The position numbers were made by a program, and so were the translations under genes. DNA of 64,000 bases. It comes from Schmidtea polychroa (Eukaryota). The notes beneath the pieces were generated by a model that was not told the origin of the DNA, made no database searches, and saw only the letters and a program-made list of their open reading frames with translations. Shown here piece by piece: positions 50,408 through 64,000 of this stretch. The first letter of the stretch is position 1. Each line of letters begins with the position of its first letter. The stretch is taken from NCBI GenBank assembly GCA_044892525.1, contig CM097885.1, forward strand, positions 14,200,001 to 14,264,000. Reading direction: 5' to 3'.

Positions 50408-51034
50408 ATGGAATTAAGAAATGATGCAGTATACCAAATCGTTGGTCCGAGTGGTAGTGGAAAAACATTATTTGTTTGTAAATTACTAAAATCAAATTTA
50501 TTCAAATCAAAATTTAACAGGATTTATTGGCATAGGGGTGCTGATGAAGAACATGGATTAACTCAATCAAGTTTCTGTAAATTAAAAAACATGAAAATAG
50601 TAAAGGGATTCGATAAAAACTGGTCCAGCCGATTAAAGAAAGGTGATGTCATTATTATCGATGATTTGTATCAAGAAGCTAATAAAGAAAAAGATTTTAA
50701 TAATTTATTTCCAAAGATCAGCAGACATGTTGGTGTAACAGTTATTTTCATAACACAAAATCTATTTCATCAAGGTGGGGCACATCGAACACGTAATTTA
50801 AATGTACAATATTTAGTGATTTTCAAGAATCCTAGAGATGCAACAGTGATTGATTTTCTTGCACGTCAAGCATACCCTAACAATCGTAATTTTCTTATCA
50901 GTGCATTTCAAGATGCTACAAAAATACCTCATGGATATATATTTCTTGATTTCACACAACAATGTCCCGATGATTTACGAGTAAAAACAGATATTTTCAA
51001 CCCAAAAGGTGCCATGGTTTATAAACAAAGTTGA
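50408..51034 (+). CDS. packaging ATPase (copy 2)
   Basis: Same as 18910-19536. Confidence 0.93.
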   Translation: MELRNDAVYQIVGPSGSGKTLFVCKLLKSNLFKSKFNRIYWHRGADEEHGLTQSSFCKLKNMKIVKGFDKNWSSRLKKGDVIIIDDLYQEANKEKDFNNLFPKISRHVGVTVIFITQNLFHQGGAHRTRNLNVQYLVIFKNPRDATVIDFLARQAYPNNRNFLISAFQDATKIPHGYIFLDFTQQCPDDLRVKTDIFNPKGAMVYKQS

Positions 51035-51052
51035 AAACCACTATGAATAATA

Positions 51053-51586
51053 ATGTTTCTAAAAGCAAGGGTGAAAAATATTAAGAAATTAAGAAAAGGT
51101 ATTAGAAAGACTATTAAAGTTCCAAAAGTTCCACCAACAACTAGTTATACACCGTCTAAAAAACTTGTAACTGAAAATTTCTCTGCAATGAATCTTATTT
51201 CGAAAAATCCTAAACCTAAACGTAAAACCCGTAAAACTCGTAAAACCGGTAAAAAAGTAGTTAAAAATCATCGCAGTTTTCCATTTTTTAATGCATTGTT
51301 AAAGGCCCCGAGTATGAAAAGAATGAATATATTGCAATCATTCCCAAATTTTGTTGTCGATGATTTACTCAATATTATACTTAAAGTAGTCAAAGGTAAA
51401 ATTAAAATCAGTAAATCAAAAAAGCATTTATTGAGCAAACATAGGAAACCATTGTTATCTTTAGTAAATAATAAAAATCGTAAGCAAATGAGGAAAATTA
51501 TATATAAACAACAAGGTGGATTTATTGGTGCATTGATACCTCTGGCATTGTCATTATTAGGTGGAGTTGTAGGAAATCAATCATAA
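51053..51586 (+). CDS. basic core-like protein (copy 2)
   Basis: Same as 19555-20088. Confidence 0.75.
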   Translation: MFLKARVKNIKKLRKGIRKTIKVPKVPPTTSYTPSKKLVTENFSAMNLISKNPKPKRKTRKTRKTGKKVVKNHRSFPFFNALLKAPSMKRMNILQSFPNFVVDDLLNIILKVVKGKIKISKSKKHLLSKHRKPLLSLVNNKNRKQMRKIIYKQQGGFIGALIPLALSLLGGVVGNQS

Positions 51587-51647
51587 ACAATGGGTGCTAA
51601 TCCTTCATTGCCCGACATTAAATTTAATTTTAAATCTTCTTGTTGTA

Positions 51648-52796
<1,149 letters not shown>

Positions 52797-53801
52797 ATTT
52801 TTATACTATTTTACCGAGCAATAGTTGCCCATTAATTCATCCAGACAATCAAGCCAGTAAATTCATGGTCAATCTCCAGAATCCGATTTCTTTAAATGGT
52901 GACTGGGAAGTTGCACTGCAAGATTTTACATTCGTCTACAACACTTTCCCATTTTATAGTCAATGTAAGATTGATTTCAAAAGGAATATTGTGAAAACAT
53001 GTAGCGGTATCTTTGTTATCAGTAATTATGATAAAACATATCATATTCCGAATCAAATATTAGATTCGCATTGCTATATGTTTTACAAGGATGGATTAAA
53101 TATCAGTTGTGATTTTAAACCATTTACAATAACATTCGAAACTATTGAAGATGCCAAACGAATGGGTTGCAATAAGTTGAAAAATATTGTTACGGAGACC
53201 GAGTATTTATTACGTTTTAATCTATTTGAAGCAAACAGTGTAATGAAAGAAGAAATCAAAATATCTGTGTCGTATAATGGTGAAGTTGAAGAATCATTTA
53301 CCTTTGCTGATGAATTATATTTTGATAAACTTGCTGATTTACTTAAATATTTAAAGTTCAATTGTTCACACATATTTAAAAATTTGGAAATTGTGAAAGA
53401 TTTGATGTTTACTTTTAGTTTGAATGAGGATATTTGCGAAGTTACATTTGATAAAAATTTGGCAAATTCACTTGGATTAGATAGGCAAAAATATCGAGAA
53501 AAATCGACTGGTATACGCAAACCAAGAATATTAGAACATCATCAACAAATGTTCATATATACTAACATTATCGAACCCATAATTGTTGGTGATTCCAGTG
53601 TTCCTCTTTTGAAATCGGTATGGATTGGAAAATATGAACATGATGAAGTTGTCAATATAAATATCGATAATCCCATGTATTTACCAATAGCAAGTTCATG
53701 TATAAAAAATATAGAAATAAATATTCGTGACGATAGTGGGAAACTTATAAACTTTCCAAAAGGTTCAAAAACTCATTTGACATTACATTTTCGTAAAATA
53801 A

Positions 53802-54158
53802 ATGGCTAATTCTGATATTATTAGTATGTATAGTGGTAGCCAATCTGGTGGTGAATTACCATATTTTATTGGTAAACAGTACGGATCAGGATGGTTGAGA
53901 ACAATTGGTAGATTTGCCCTGCCTATTCTTAAACGTATTGGTAGTTTTGGTATGAAAACTGCAAAAGATGTTATTATGAATGAACAGAAAATTTTACCAT
54001 CTCTAAAAACAAATGCTTTAGCTGAATTAGGGAAAGTTTTACCAGGGGTTGCAGGTATGTTTCAAAAAGATACGCCTCCAGCTCCAAAACGTAAAAGACA
54101 TGGGATATCACGTATAAACAAACGAATGAAAGGACATGGAACTATATTTGCAAAATGA
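53802..54158 (+). CDS. PW-like virion protein (copy 2)
   Basis: Same as 22313-22669. Confidence 0.75.
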   Translation: MANSDIISMYSGSQSGGELPYFIGKQYGSGWLRTIGRFALPILKRIGSFGMKTAKDVIMNEQKILPSLKTNALAELGKVLPGVAGMFQKDTPPAPKRKRHGISRINKRMKGHGTIFAK

Positions 54159-55378
54159 TTTGTGGTAAATCTGAATTATGTATATTTGATAGACCATCGC
54201 CCCAGGCTGTAATAGAATTTGGGGCATTTGAGGAAGTTTTTCCTATGAATTCAATTACCGATAGTAGAAATGATATCGAGTTTTATATTAATGGTTCGCA
54301 AACTGAATATTTAGATTTGAACGATACTTTATTGACTGTTCAGATCAAGGTTGTAGATAAAGATAGAAAAGTTTTGGATGCCAATGCAGATGTAATACCG
54401 AACAATTTCATGTTTCATACTCTGTTTAAAGATGCTGTGTTGGGATTTAATAATATCAAGATTGAGGGTGGAAATAATACATTCATTCACAAGGCTTTGA
54501 TAGAAACTATTTTAAATTACAATTCCGATACTAAAAATACCTGTCTTACACCTATGGGTTATGCAGCAACAGATGATGAAAGAAAAAAGTGGGTTAAAGG
54601 TTCAAAGGTTTTCACCATGTGCTCATCGTTACAACTTGATTTTATGGATCAACCGAAATATTTACTACCGGGAGTTAATGTACACATTAGATTGAAAAGG
54701 TCCGATTCTGCATTATCTCTTACTAGTGCAACTGGTGCACCAATATGTCAATTAGTTGATGCAAAATTATTGGTGAGAAGAGTCCGAGTGGACCCCTCAG
54801 TATTAGCTGGTCATCAATTGGGTCTTAATTCAAAACATGCAATTTATCCTTTAAAAACAAAGGAAATTGTACAATTCGCTATTGCTAAAGGTGCTTCATC
54901 ATTCTATAAAGAACAAATATTTGGTGACAGAAGAATGCCTAATTTTATTCTGATAACATTTCAAAGTGAAGCACAATATAATGGATCTTATACTGCGTCG
55001 AGCTCAATTTTCAAAAACTTTAATGTTACTTCATTGACTTTGTCGAAAAATACTGATTATAGAGAAACATATATTCAAGATTTCGAGAATGACAATTACT
55101 GTGCGACATATATGCAGAGTATTGTTAGAAATCTGGGTTATTTAGATAAAAATTTGAATTGTGGAATTACTCTAGAAGATTTTAAAAGCAAATATCCATT
55201 TTTCACATATGTTTTAGCTCCGGATTTTGATTTAAATCAGAGTCAACTACCACAAAACGGGAATTTACGACTGGATATAAAGTTTGCAAAAGCTATTACT
55301 GAACCGGTACATGTTATAATATATGGAGTATTTGAAAACGAAGTTCAAATTACTGCAAATAGAACCGTGCTAGTATAA
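54155..55378 (+). CDS. major capsid protein A (copy 2)
   Basis: Same as 22666-23889. Confidence 0.9.
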   Translation: MICGKSELCIFDRPSPQAVIEFGAFEEVFPMNSITDSRNDIEFYINGSQTEYLDLNDTLLTVQIKVVDKDRKVLDANADVIPNNFMFHTLFKDAVLGFNNIKIEGGNNTFIHKALIETILNYNSDTKNTCLTPMGYAATDDERKKWVKGSKVFTMCSSLQLDFMDQPKYLLPGVNVHIRLKRSDSALSLTSATGAPICQLVDAKLLVRRVRVDPSVLAGHQLGLNSKHAIYPLKTKEIVQFAIAKGASSFYKEQIFGDRRMPNFILITFQSEAQYNGSYTASSSIFKNFNVTSLTLSKNTDYRETYIQDFENDNYCATYMQSIVRNLGYLDKNLNCGITLEDFKSKYPFFTYVLAPDFDLNQSQLPQNGNLRLDIKFAKAITEPVHVIIYGVFENEVQITANRTVLV

Positions 55379-55766
55379 ATGTATACAGAAACACAAAAAG
55401 TTGTCATGGAGTAAGTTGTTTTTTATACTCTGGATTTATTTAAGTAGTTCTGTTCAGGTTAATCGAATCGGAAAACAGATATTGGGAAATGAATTTGTTG
55501 GAGTTTTTCCTCTTGATAAAATTCTATATTTGAGCAATAATCAAGCAATAATCGTCAATACTCAATCGTCTCATCTTGGTGGAGAACCTGGTAATATATT
55601 CGTGTTCGATCCTATGGGTTTTTATTACCCGGCTTTGTTGATATCAAAACTACAAACAATGGGGAAATCTATTGTGTATAATAAAACTATGTTTCAAAAT
55701 CCGTTGACCCAAACATGTGGTCAACATTGTTTAGCTTGGTTATTGTACAAAAAATTTGATGTTTAA
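55379..55766 (+). pseudogene. adenain-like protease (copy 2)
   Basis: Same as 23890-24277. Confidence 0.8.
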
Positions 55767-55843
55767 AGAAAAATGGATGTTTAATAAAATTTGATGTTTA
55801 ATAAATGTATCCTTTCCTTTGTTGTTGTGATTAATATTATTAA

Positions 55844-55892
<49 letters not shown>

Positions 55893-58352
55893 AATATTAT
55901 TATTTACAAAGTTTTATTATTAAATGCGTGATCAGTGCATAAAGAAAATGATTAATAACAAAGACAGTGCATGATCAGTGCATGTCAGATAAAGAAAAAT
56001 AATGACTCGTGCATGTACAGCTCGTCTGTGATTGGCTGAGACCGGCGAGTATAATGTTTCTTTATAAACATTGACAAATCTCAAACCTTTCACAATTTTT
56101 TCAAATTAATCAAAATGGCTAACCGAAACAATATTTTGTCAACTGGTAATTTTATTATATTTATTTTATTTTATTTTATTTTAGATGTTTTCGATTGGTA
56201 TGAAGTGACGGAGAACGATTCTATCTTAAATGTGGATAATATATTCGGTAAATTTAATATTTTAATTTTTATTAAATTAATTTTCTGTAGAACCCATCGT
56301 TAGTATCGAGAATGGCTGCAATGATGATATTTTTATGGATTCACCATCGAGTAAATTTATTTTATTAAATTAATAAATTTAAAGAATGATCTAGGTGATT
56401 GTCAAATAATTGAAGATAATAATGCCATCGTTAGTATCGAGAATGGCTGCAATGATGATATTTTTATGGATTCACCATCGAGTAAATTTATTTTATTAAA
56501 TTAATAATTTAAAGAATGATTTAGGTGATTGTCAAATAATTGAAATTTCTGGAACGGCTGAAATAAATGAAATGGTGGAATCATTAAGTAAATTTAATTT
56601 ATTTTAAGTAGTGTGGTTATATACCCAACCAAAACAGCCCTCCCAACAAAACATGCCTCCAAATCACTTAAGCTATTAGAAAAACAACCTAAAACTTATA
56701 CTTTTATAGTATTTTAACCCTATATTTTGAAAACAACCACCCTTAATGACTCTAACTGTTTTAATCTTTAAAGCCTCAAACTCAAAAGCTTCAAACTAAA
56801 AACATAAAGAGAATAGAAAAGAAAATGGTATTATGAAAAAGTAAGAAGGCTACTTGAGGATGCCAACTAGCAAGTTGCTAATTGGCTAATTAAAAAAAAT
56901 AAATGAAATCTTAATCTTGATGTCTTGAAGAATAAAAAATTTTATGAAAATAGTAAAACTGCTCTGAGAGGACAGTGGTATTTTTTTTTTCACTGTCCTC
57001 TCAACAGTTTTTTTGATCCGGATCATTTTTTTTTTATTCAACCTCTTTCGTTTATCAAATCTCTTCCAATATACAAGCTGGCCAGGCTCATAATCAGAAT
57101 CAATTCGATAATAGCAGCACACCTTATTATTCGCTTCTCGCTCGAATACGATTTCATCGGCGTTTTAAGTGTGCTGCTCGAAAGTACAAATGAATTCGAA
57201 AGTGAATTCGAAAGAGGTCCGAAAATAACTGAGAAATAAATGTGCACATTAAAGAATCGATCCGGGGGTGTTCGAAAGACAGGTGGCGATAATTACCGGT
57301 TCGCCACCATCACCCGTTTCAATATTTTTTTTTTCATATTTATGTTTAAAAAATAATTAATTAATAAAAAAATAAAATAAAATAAAATAAATAAAATAAA
57401 ATATACAAGTACTTTATAAATATAAGATACCCACACTATTTTCAATATTATTTTCAAATTTTTAATATTATTTTATGTTGAAAAAAAACTAACCTCAGAT
57501 GTGATTTGAACCACTATCCATTTGAACCACTGTGCCAGTCTATTCCCACTGCGCCATCAAGGTTTGAATTTTTGTCATTTTTTAGACTATAAATAATCGA
57601 TTCAAGTTCTTTAACTCTTTCCTGTAATTGTTTCATTTTCTTCAATCTTATATCAGCAACATCTACAGCCTTCATATAAAAATGTCGATACTTTTCATTA
57701 TCTACCATCAACTCTTTGATGTATTCTAATGGTTCTTCTTCTCTTCTTTTCATTCTCTTATGTTTAACTTCATTCAATTCATTTCTCATTCTTTCTTTTA
57801 ACTCATCCATTTTTATAAATATTTTTTTATTGGATATATTAATTTTTGGTAGCTTAAGTTAAAACGTTTTTGATCTTAAATTTCCAAGAGTTGCCGTTGA
57901 CCAATCTCATTAAAAATTTGTACAAGTACTAAATCGAGTATGCTGATCAATATTTCGTTAAAAAAAAATTTGAAAAAAAATGACCGAAATGGGATTTGAA
58001 CCCATTGGTATTGGCAATGCAGTCGAGTGCTATTACCACTAAGCTATTAGAGCTATACTCAATATAAAATAAGTTGTTAATGTGTGACTATTTATTGATG
58101 AAATTAATAATTAATTATTCATTTTCTCGACAACTACCACTCAGATCCATTTGAAAATTTAAATATATACTAAAATCAGTACGCTGAATCAGATTCCGTT
58201 GAAAAAAAATATCGAAAACAATTGACCAAAATCGAAAATTGAACCCGGTACTCCCGGTGATAAATTTGAAGCCTATTCCCACTCCGCTATAACGGCTTAC
58301 ATAATATATTTAATTAATCCTATTGTGTGTGTGTAAATTTTAATATATAAAA

Positions 58353-59645
58353 ATGAATAATATAAATCTTAAAATTCAAGAAAAAAATAAATTAAATCTT
58401 GATTATAATAAAGAATTTACTCATGAAATCAAGAAAAATGATGTACTTAAAATATCCCCTACGTCAGGATCGATTGCAAACTTAAATCGTAGGGGTGATA
58501 TAGTTTTTCAATCTCTTCAAACATCAAACCCTATAGATATTTGTAATGCCAAATTATATTATAAAATCGAATTAGAAATTGAAGCAAACAAAGATATAAC
58601 CCTAGAAAATAATTTCTTTCCAAATTTATTCTCCAACATGAGATTAAAACTAGGATCATCAGAAATTGAAACTGTTTTGCATCCGGGAGTATATTCTACA
58701 ATGTTAAATTTTATTTTGACTGGTTGTGATTATAAAAACGAATATGGTGAATTAACAGGTTGGATTCCTGATGTTAATAAAGGGGATTTAGATAAAGATG
58801 GTTTAGATGTAAACCATGGTTACCATAAAAGAGCTGAACTTTATAAATCTAAAAAATTTGAAGGTTATTTTGAATTAAAACACTTGTTTGGATTCCTTCA
58901 AAACTATAATCGTATACTTCATAATGTTTTTATAGAATTCATCTGTAATAGAGTAGAAGGTGATAAAAGATTGTTCTATGGAGCTGTAGATACAAAAGCT
59001 AAATTAAAATTATCAACACTTGAATTACATATACCTGAATGGACATTAAACCCACATTCTGAGATTAAACTCCTTGAAAGATTAAATTCCAACAAGTCTA
59101 TAAATGTAAATTATTTAAATAGAATCTGTAGTGAATTTAGTATGACAGAGGGTTCAACATATTCTATAAAGGTAGCAAATTTAGCATACCGACCAAGATA
59201 TATCTTGATTGGATTCAAAGAAGTAGATTCATCTTTCCAAAAAAATAACAACTTGTTTATTCAAAAGATTGGAGTTGATAATTTAAAAACAATCCAAATT
59301 CAATTAAATAGTTCTTATTATCCAATAAATAGAATGGAATTTAATATTGAAAATAATGAAAACATATTCCCATATCTAAATTATATTGAAACATGTTATG
59401 ATTTCAAAGTTGAACCGCAATTAAGTTTAGAAGATTTCAAAAATTTATATTCTATATTTTGTATGAATGTATCAGACCAAGATGATCGCCTAGCCATAAA
59501 TAATGTTGATGTTACACTTCATGTAACAAAGGATTCTAATTTTAAAGCTAAAGTATATACATTAATATTAGAAGAAAAGAAAATAGAAATGAAATTATAT
59601 GGTGGAAAGATTTCAATAATCGAAAATGTTAGGGGAGATTCTTGA
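58353..59645 (+). CDS. major capsid protein B (copy 2)
   Basis: Same as 26862-28154. Confidence 0.8.
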   Translation: MNNINLKIQEKNKLNLDYNKEFTHEIKKNDVLKISPTSGSIANLNRRGDIVFQSLQTSNPIDICNAKLYYKIELEIEANKDITLENNFFPNLFSNMRLKLGSSEIETVLHPGVYSTMLNFILTGCDYKNEYGELTGWIPDVNKGDLDKDGLDVNHGYHKRAELYKSKKFEGYFELKHLFGFLQNYNRILHNVFIEFICNRVEGDKRLFYGAVDTKAKLKLSTLELHIPEWTLNPHSEIKLLERLNSNKSINVNYLNRICSEFSMTEGSTYSIKVANLAYRPRYILIGFKEVDSSFQKNNNLFIQKIGVDNLKTIQIQLNSSYYPINRMEFNIENNENIFPYLNYIETCYDFKVEPQLSLEDFKNLYSIFCMNVSDQDDRLAINNVDVTLHVTKDSNFKAKVYTLILEEKKIEMKLYGGKISIIENVRGDS

Positions 59646-59674
59646 TATAATCCCTGATATTTTAACATTTTAAA

Positions 59675-61099
59675 ATGTCTCTAAATAAATATTGGAGATG
59701 TGAAAGTTGTAATTGTCAAGTTACAAGACATCATAAAGCAAGTCATTTAAAAACTAAAAAACATACAGGAGGTGATCTAATTCCACGAGCTGGAGGCGAT
59801 TTGCAATCTTCAAAAACAACATCTTCAATATTAAAACCTTTTACTACAGAAAAATATCCAGGTGAAAGACATTTATTTAAACACAACTATACTGGACCAG
59901 GAACACGTCTAGATATTAGATTAGATGAAAATAATAATCCCAAACAAGGAGAAGAACCAATAAATAGAATTGATCAAGCAGCTTTAAAACATGACATTGC
60001 ATACAATTCAACAAATCTTAGAGATAGACATGTTGCAGATGTGAATTTAATACATGATTTAAATAGTATCCAAAATCCATCAACCCAAGAAAAGATTCAA
60101 AGAGCTCTAGTTAAATTAGCAATGAAAGGTAAGATTTTCATAGGCTTAGGACACAGTCCGATCACCATGGGTGCAAGACTTCCTAGGAAAGCAAAAGATG
60201 TTGCTTATAAAAAGATTATCGAACAAGCAGACATTGAAAGATCCCTTGAGAATATATCCAAGACTAGTTTACAAACCCCAACAGAATCAGAAATAAAATA
60301 TGCAAAGGAATTACACCATGAATTTAGAAAAAATAAAAAATATTTAAAAGTTCAAGTACATGAAAAAGATCAAACATGGTCTGCAGATTTAGTCTTTATG
60401 CCCAAATCATCAGACCCTGAAAAATATAAAATAATTTTAACTGTAATAGATTTATATACAAGATTTGCTTTTGCAAGGTGTTTAGAAAATAAAACAGGAT
60501 ATTCTATTACAGAAGCATTTGAAAATATATTTGAAGAAAATCAAAGAATCCCAAAATATTTATGGTGTGATAAAGGAACAGAATTTTATAACAAAGTTTT
60601 TACAAAGTTTTTAAATAAAAATGATATTAAATTATATTCAACAGAAAACGAAGGAAAAGCAGTCGTAGTTGAAAGATTAAATAGAACATTAAAAAATAAA
60701 ATGTGGAAATATTTTACTGCTATTGGAAAACAAAAATGGAACAATGAATTGTTACAAAAGATTGTAAATGAATATAATAATGATGTACATAGTTCTATAA
60801 AATTAACACCTTTAAATGCTTCCATGAAGCCTGAAACCATTAAAGTGGTAAATATTGAAAATGATGTTATTGAAAAACCAAAGTTTAAAATTGGTGACCG
60901 AGTAAGAATATTTAAATATAAAAATAAATTTGAAAAAGGATTCACAGCAAAATGGACAAATGAAATTTTTATTATAAATAAAATACATTATACAACTCCA
61001 ATAACATATACCATCTTTGATTTAAATAATGAAAAAATATTAGGTAGATTTTATAATAATGAACTACAGAAAACAGATTTTTTAGTCGACAAGCCCTAA
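59675..61099 (+). CDS. PLA2-integrase fusion (copy 2)
   Basis: Same as 28184-29608. Confidence 0.92.
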   Translation: MSLNKYWRCESCNCQVTRHHKASHLKTKKHTGGDLIPRAGGDLQSSKTTSSILKPFTTEKYPGERHLFKHNYTGPGTRLDIRLDENNNPKQGEEPINRIDQAALKHDIAYNSTNLRDRHVADVNLIHDLNSIQNPSTQEKIQRALVKLAMKGKIFIGLGHSPITMGARLPRKAKDVAYKKIIEQADIERSLENISKTSLQTPTESEIKYAKELHHEFRKNKKYLKVQVHEKDQTWSADLVFMPKSSDPEKYKIILTVIDLYTRFAFARCLENKTGYSITEAFENIFEENQRIPKYLWCDKGTEFYNKVFTKFLNKNDIKLYSTENEGKAVVVERLNRTLKNKMWKYFTAIGKQKWNNELLQKIVNEYNNDVHSSIKLTPLNASMKPETIKVVNIENDVIEKPKFKIGDRVRIFKYKNKFEKGFTAKWTNEIFIINKIHYTTPITYTIFDLNNEKILGRFYNNELQKTDFLVDKP

Positions 61100-61887
61100 A
61101 ACAAACTTTTCCATATTTCAGCTTCTTCTCTATCCAAATAAATATAATTATATTTTTCTTTCCAATGATTATCAACAAACATATCAAACATATTCTTATC
61201 AGGTTCAACATTTGAAAATAAATCATTATAAATCATATTCTTATCACGGCGATCTAATTTAAAAAATATAAAACAATTGGAATTATTTCTTATTGAATTT
61301 TTATCTAAAGCATAATATGTTTGAGATATATAAATAACATTACAATTATTATGTCGACCTCGTGTAAAGTAACTCTTTTGAATCTCTTGATTTTTCATGT
61401 TGACAACATCATCAAATATAACTAGATTCTTTTTATCTTTAGGAAGTAAATCACAATGTAAAACATCTTCAGGTTTATTAGAGAATAAAACTTGAATTGC
61501 CTCCTGCCCTTCTTCACAAATATAATCATTTTTATTACTAATATCTGATTCTAAAATCTTTTCCTTATACCAATCAACCATATCACAAGGTTGAAAAACT
61601 TCTTCAGGACACCTATGTTGATTTTTAAAAATATCAATTATTGCTTTTTTAGTTAATTTATTTTCAAATCCACATTTCAAAAGTTGTAATTCTGGTTGAT
61701 TTATGGTTGTAGAATAAAAGATTAAATTATTATAATCTAAAAAATCATCTTCAAGTAACATTCTCAAAACAAGTACATTCTTTCCACATCCAGAAGAACC
61801 AACAATTAATAATCTAAAATTATCAGGAAATACTTTATTATTAAATTTACTCTTATGTCTATTTAAAATTGGTTTCCAAATATCCAT
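61096..61887 (-). CDS. packaging ATPase B (copy 2)
   Basis: Same as 29605-30396. Confidence 0.88.
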   Translation of the reverse strand: MDIWKPILNRHKSKFNNKVFPDNFRLLIVGSSGCGKNVLVLRMLLEDDFLDYNNLIFYSTTINQPELQLLKCGFENKLTKKAIIDIFKNQHRCPEEVFQPCDMVDWYKEKILESDISNKNDYICEEGQEAIQVLFSNKPEDVLHCDLLPKDKKNLVIFDDVVNMKNQEIQKSYFTRGRHNNCNVIYISQTYYALDKNSIRNNSNCFIFFKLDRRDKNMIYNDLFSNVEPDKNMFDMFVDNHWKEKYNYIYLDREEAEIWKSLF

Positions 61888-61902
61888 TTTGTTTATTATA
61901 AA

Positions 61903-62481
61903 ATGACAACTGAAGAATCTTTGCAAGAATTAATAAATTCAAATAAAAATAAATCAGTAGTAATTGATGGTAAAAAATATTTTATTGGAAAACATGTAAA
62001 AGAACAAGTTAGAGCCAAGCTCCACGAAGCTAAAGAAGGTGGCATTCTTCCATTAGCTGCTTTAATACCTGCAATCATTGCTGGTTTATCAGGTGCTGCT
62101 GGAATAGCTGGAGGAATTGCAACTACAGTTCAAAAAGCTAAAGAATCTCAAAAGACAGACCTAGAAAAAGAAAAACTACAAACTGAAATCGATTCAATGA
62201 AGAAGGTAGGGCAAGCTAAAGGGGGAGTGTCCGTTGGAAAGGGTCTCTATCTTAATCCATATGAGGGGAGTCGGCAAAAGTCTCAGGGCAAAGGTCTCTA
62301 TCTTGATCCTTATAAAGGTAGAGGTTTAAATGATTTTTTAAAAAATCAAATTTCTACATCTGAATCTTTATCTTCAAAAGATAAAGAAGATTTAAAAAAA
62401 ATATGTAAATCTTTAAAGAATGGATGCCTTTGTAAAACTAAAAATGGTAAAGGATTATACTTGAAGCCCTTCGAACTATGA
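61903..62481 (+). CDS. virion core / membrane-active precursor (copy 2)
   Basis: Same as 30412-30990. Confidence 0.75.
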   Translation: MTTEESLQELINSNKNKSVVIDGKKYFIGKHVKEQVRAKLHEAKEGGILPLAALIPAIIAGLSGAAGIAGGIATTVQKAKESQKTDLEKEKLQTEIDSMKKVGQAKGGVSVGKGLYLNPYEGSRQKSQGKGLYLDPYKGRGLNDFLKNQISTSESLSSKDKEDLKKICKSLKNGCLCKTKNGKGLYLKPFEL

Positions 62482-62503
62482 TACCATTTTTGATACCATT
62501 AAA

Positions 62504-63196
62504 ATGGTATATGAAGAAAGATTAGCACTTTTAAAAAAATTACAATCAGAACAAGATAAATATAATAAAAAAGATACAACTCAACATGCTGAATCTATAA
62601 TATTAAATGAGGTAATAACACAACAACAGGGGCCAACAATTAAAGCTATAAAAGAGTTGGAAGATTTCAATGAGCAAGCAAAATTTAAAGAGTTAGAAGA
62701 TAAAAAACAAAAAATAAAAGAACTAGAGTGGCAGGATAAAGAAAAAGAATCCAGTGAAAACCATTCTGAAAGTCATTCTGAAAGAAATCAAAGAAAACGC
62801 AGAAGAATTTCTAATGTGGAAGAAGAAGAAATGTTTTTAAAAACAAAAGCTCTTAAAGTTGATCCTAAAATTAGAGATGATTTACCTCCTTCAATTAGAC
62901 CCACATTTAATACTAATACTGAAGGATATCAAATAATAACAATTAATAAACAAAACTTTACTTTATATTCAAATTCAGAAAATAAATCACGTATTCATTC
63001 ACAAAATGTTTATAATAATGAATATTTAGACTTTGAATTTACAGATGATTTTTATAGATTACTTTGTGGATATTCTTCAGATGATGTTGAAGAAATTAAA
63101 AAATATTTAAATTTAATAAAATTAATAAGAGCTAGTTCTAAAGCAAAATATATTCAAGATTTAAAGAATTATTTAAATAAAAATGAAAAGGGTTAG
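62504..63196 (+). CDS. hypothetical protein (copy 2)
   Basis: Same as 31013-31705. Confidence 0.65.
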   Translation: MVYEERLALLKKLQSEQDKYNKKDTTQHAESIILNEVITQQQGPTIKAIKELEDFNEQAKFKELEDKKQKIKELEWQDKEKESSENHSESHSERNQRKRRRISNVEEEEMFLKTKALKVDPKIRDDLPPSIRPTFNTNTEGYQIITINKQNFTLYSNSENKSRIHSQNVYNNEYLDFEFTDDFYRLLCGYSSDDVEEIKKYLNLIKLIRASSKAKYIQDLKNYLNKNEKG

Positions 63197-64000
63197 TAGG
63201 TAGTTAGTGGCCTACGGCAGCAATAGGGGGGGGGGGGGGGTAAAAATGTTGCAAACTTTTGATTGCATAACTTTTTCCGTAGACATTTTTTGATTACATA
63301 ATTGTTGCTGTAATGCCCAATGTTTTCTGGGATTTTAAATACAAAATTTTTTTTTTTTTTTTTCAATAAACAAGCCAAGGATAAATATTATTTGGGTGGG
63401 TCTCCTTGGTCCTGAGAATTTCAATAGAAAAAGGTAGTCTTCAATAAAAAAGCATGGATTTTTCACACTATAGTGAGGGGATCTTCTTGGTCATGAGAAT
63501 TTCAATAGAAAAGGTGGTTTACATTAAAAAACGCATAGTAAATTTTTAAAATAAAGCAAATTATGGTCCTAAAAAATTAAATTAAAGTAAATGATGGGTC
63601 TAAAAATTTAAGTAAATCAAGGTTCAGATTTATTTTTGAAATAAAGTAAATTATGGTCTAAATAAGTAAATTATGGGCTAAGATTTTTCAATTAAAGTAA
63701 ATAATGGTTCTAAAAAATTAAATTACAGTAAATTATGGTCCAAATTTTTAAATTAAAGTAAATTATGGTTCTTAAAAATTAAATTAAAGTAAATTATGGT
63801 CAAAATTTTTGAATTACAGTCCAAAAATTTAAATTAAAGTAAATTATGATCCAAATTTTTAAATTAAAGTAAATTAAAGTAAATAATGGTTCTAAAAAAT
63901 TAAATTAAAGTAAATAATGGTCCTAAAAAATTAAATTACAGTAAATAATGGTCAAAAATTTTAAAATTAAAGTAAATTAAGGTTCTAAAAATTAAATTAA
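63195..64000. mobile_element. Polinton C terminus and minisatellite (copy 2)
   Basis: Same as 31704-32509. Confidence 0.7.

Larger units (their letters stand above)
56607..63194 (+). mobile_element. Polinton B (copy 2), including tRNA-like genes at 57491-57563, 57981-58053 and 58223-58296
   Basis: Same as 25116-31703. Confidence 0.85.

Overview
Very AT-rich eukaryotic genomic DNA with 37-52 nt GT-AG introns and (TAA/TTA)n tracts. This resembles a planarian or other flatworm, but the organism is inferred only. About 29.8 kb (2686-32509) recurs almost base for base at 34181-64000 across a 500-N gap, most likely an assembly or haplotype duplicate. Host-side content: a TRAF-like pseudogene, an ARF-family GTPase gene, a tRNA-Sec gene, and remnants of Gypsy, hAT, MITE, LINE and Penelope elements (the last with a minimal hammerhead ribozyme). 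From 15033 the window appears to hold three different Polinton/Maverick (adintovirus-like) elements nested inside one another. Each starts with an AGTAG terminus that interrupts the preceding element. Element A carries the usual ATPase, integrase, penton, hexon and protease module plus unusual cargo: a spliced Bcl-2 homologue, a TBP homologue, a terminal array of AP-1/NR5A-like motifs, an intron made only of (ATT)n inside the integrase, and a micro-exon gene. Element B has a second capsid gene, a PLA2-integrase fusion, an ATPase, and a cluster of tRNA-like Pol III-type small RNA genes reminiscent of adenovirus VA RNAs. Element C shows only its terminus, subterminal repeats and the C-terminus of a family B polymerase running into the gap. 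All calls come from motif recognition by eye; no searches were run.
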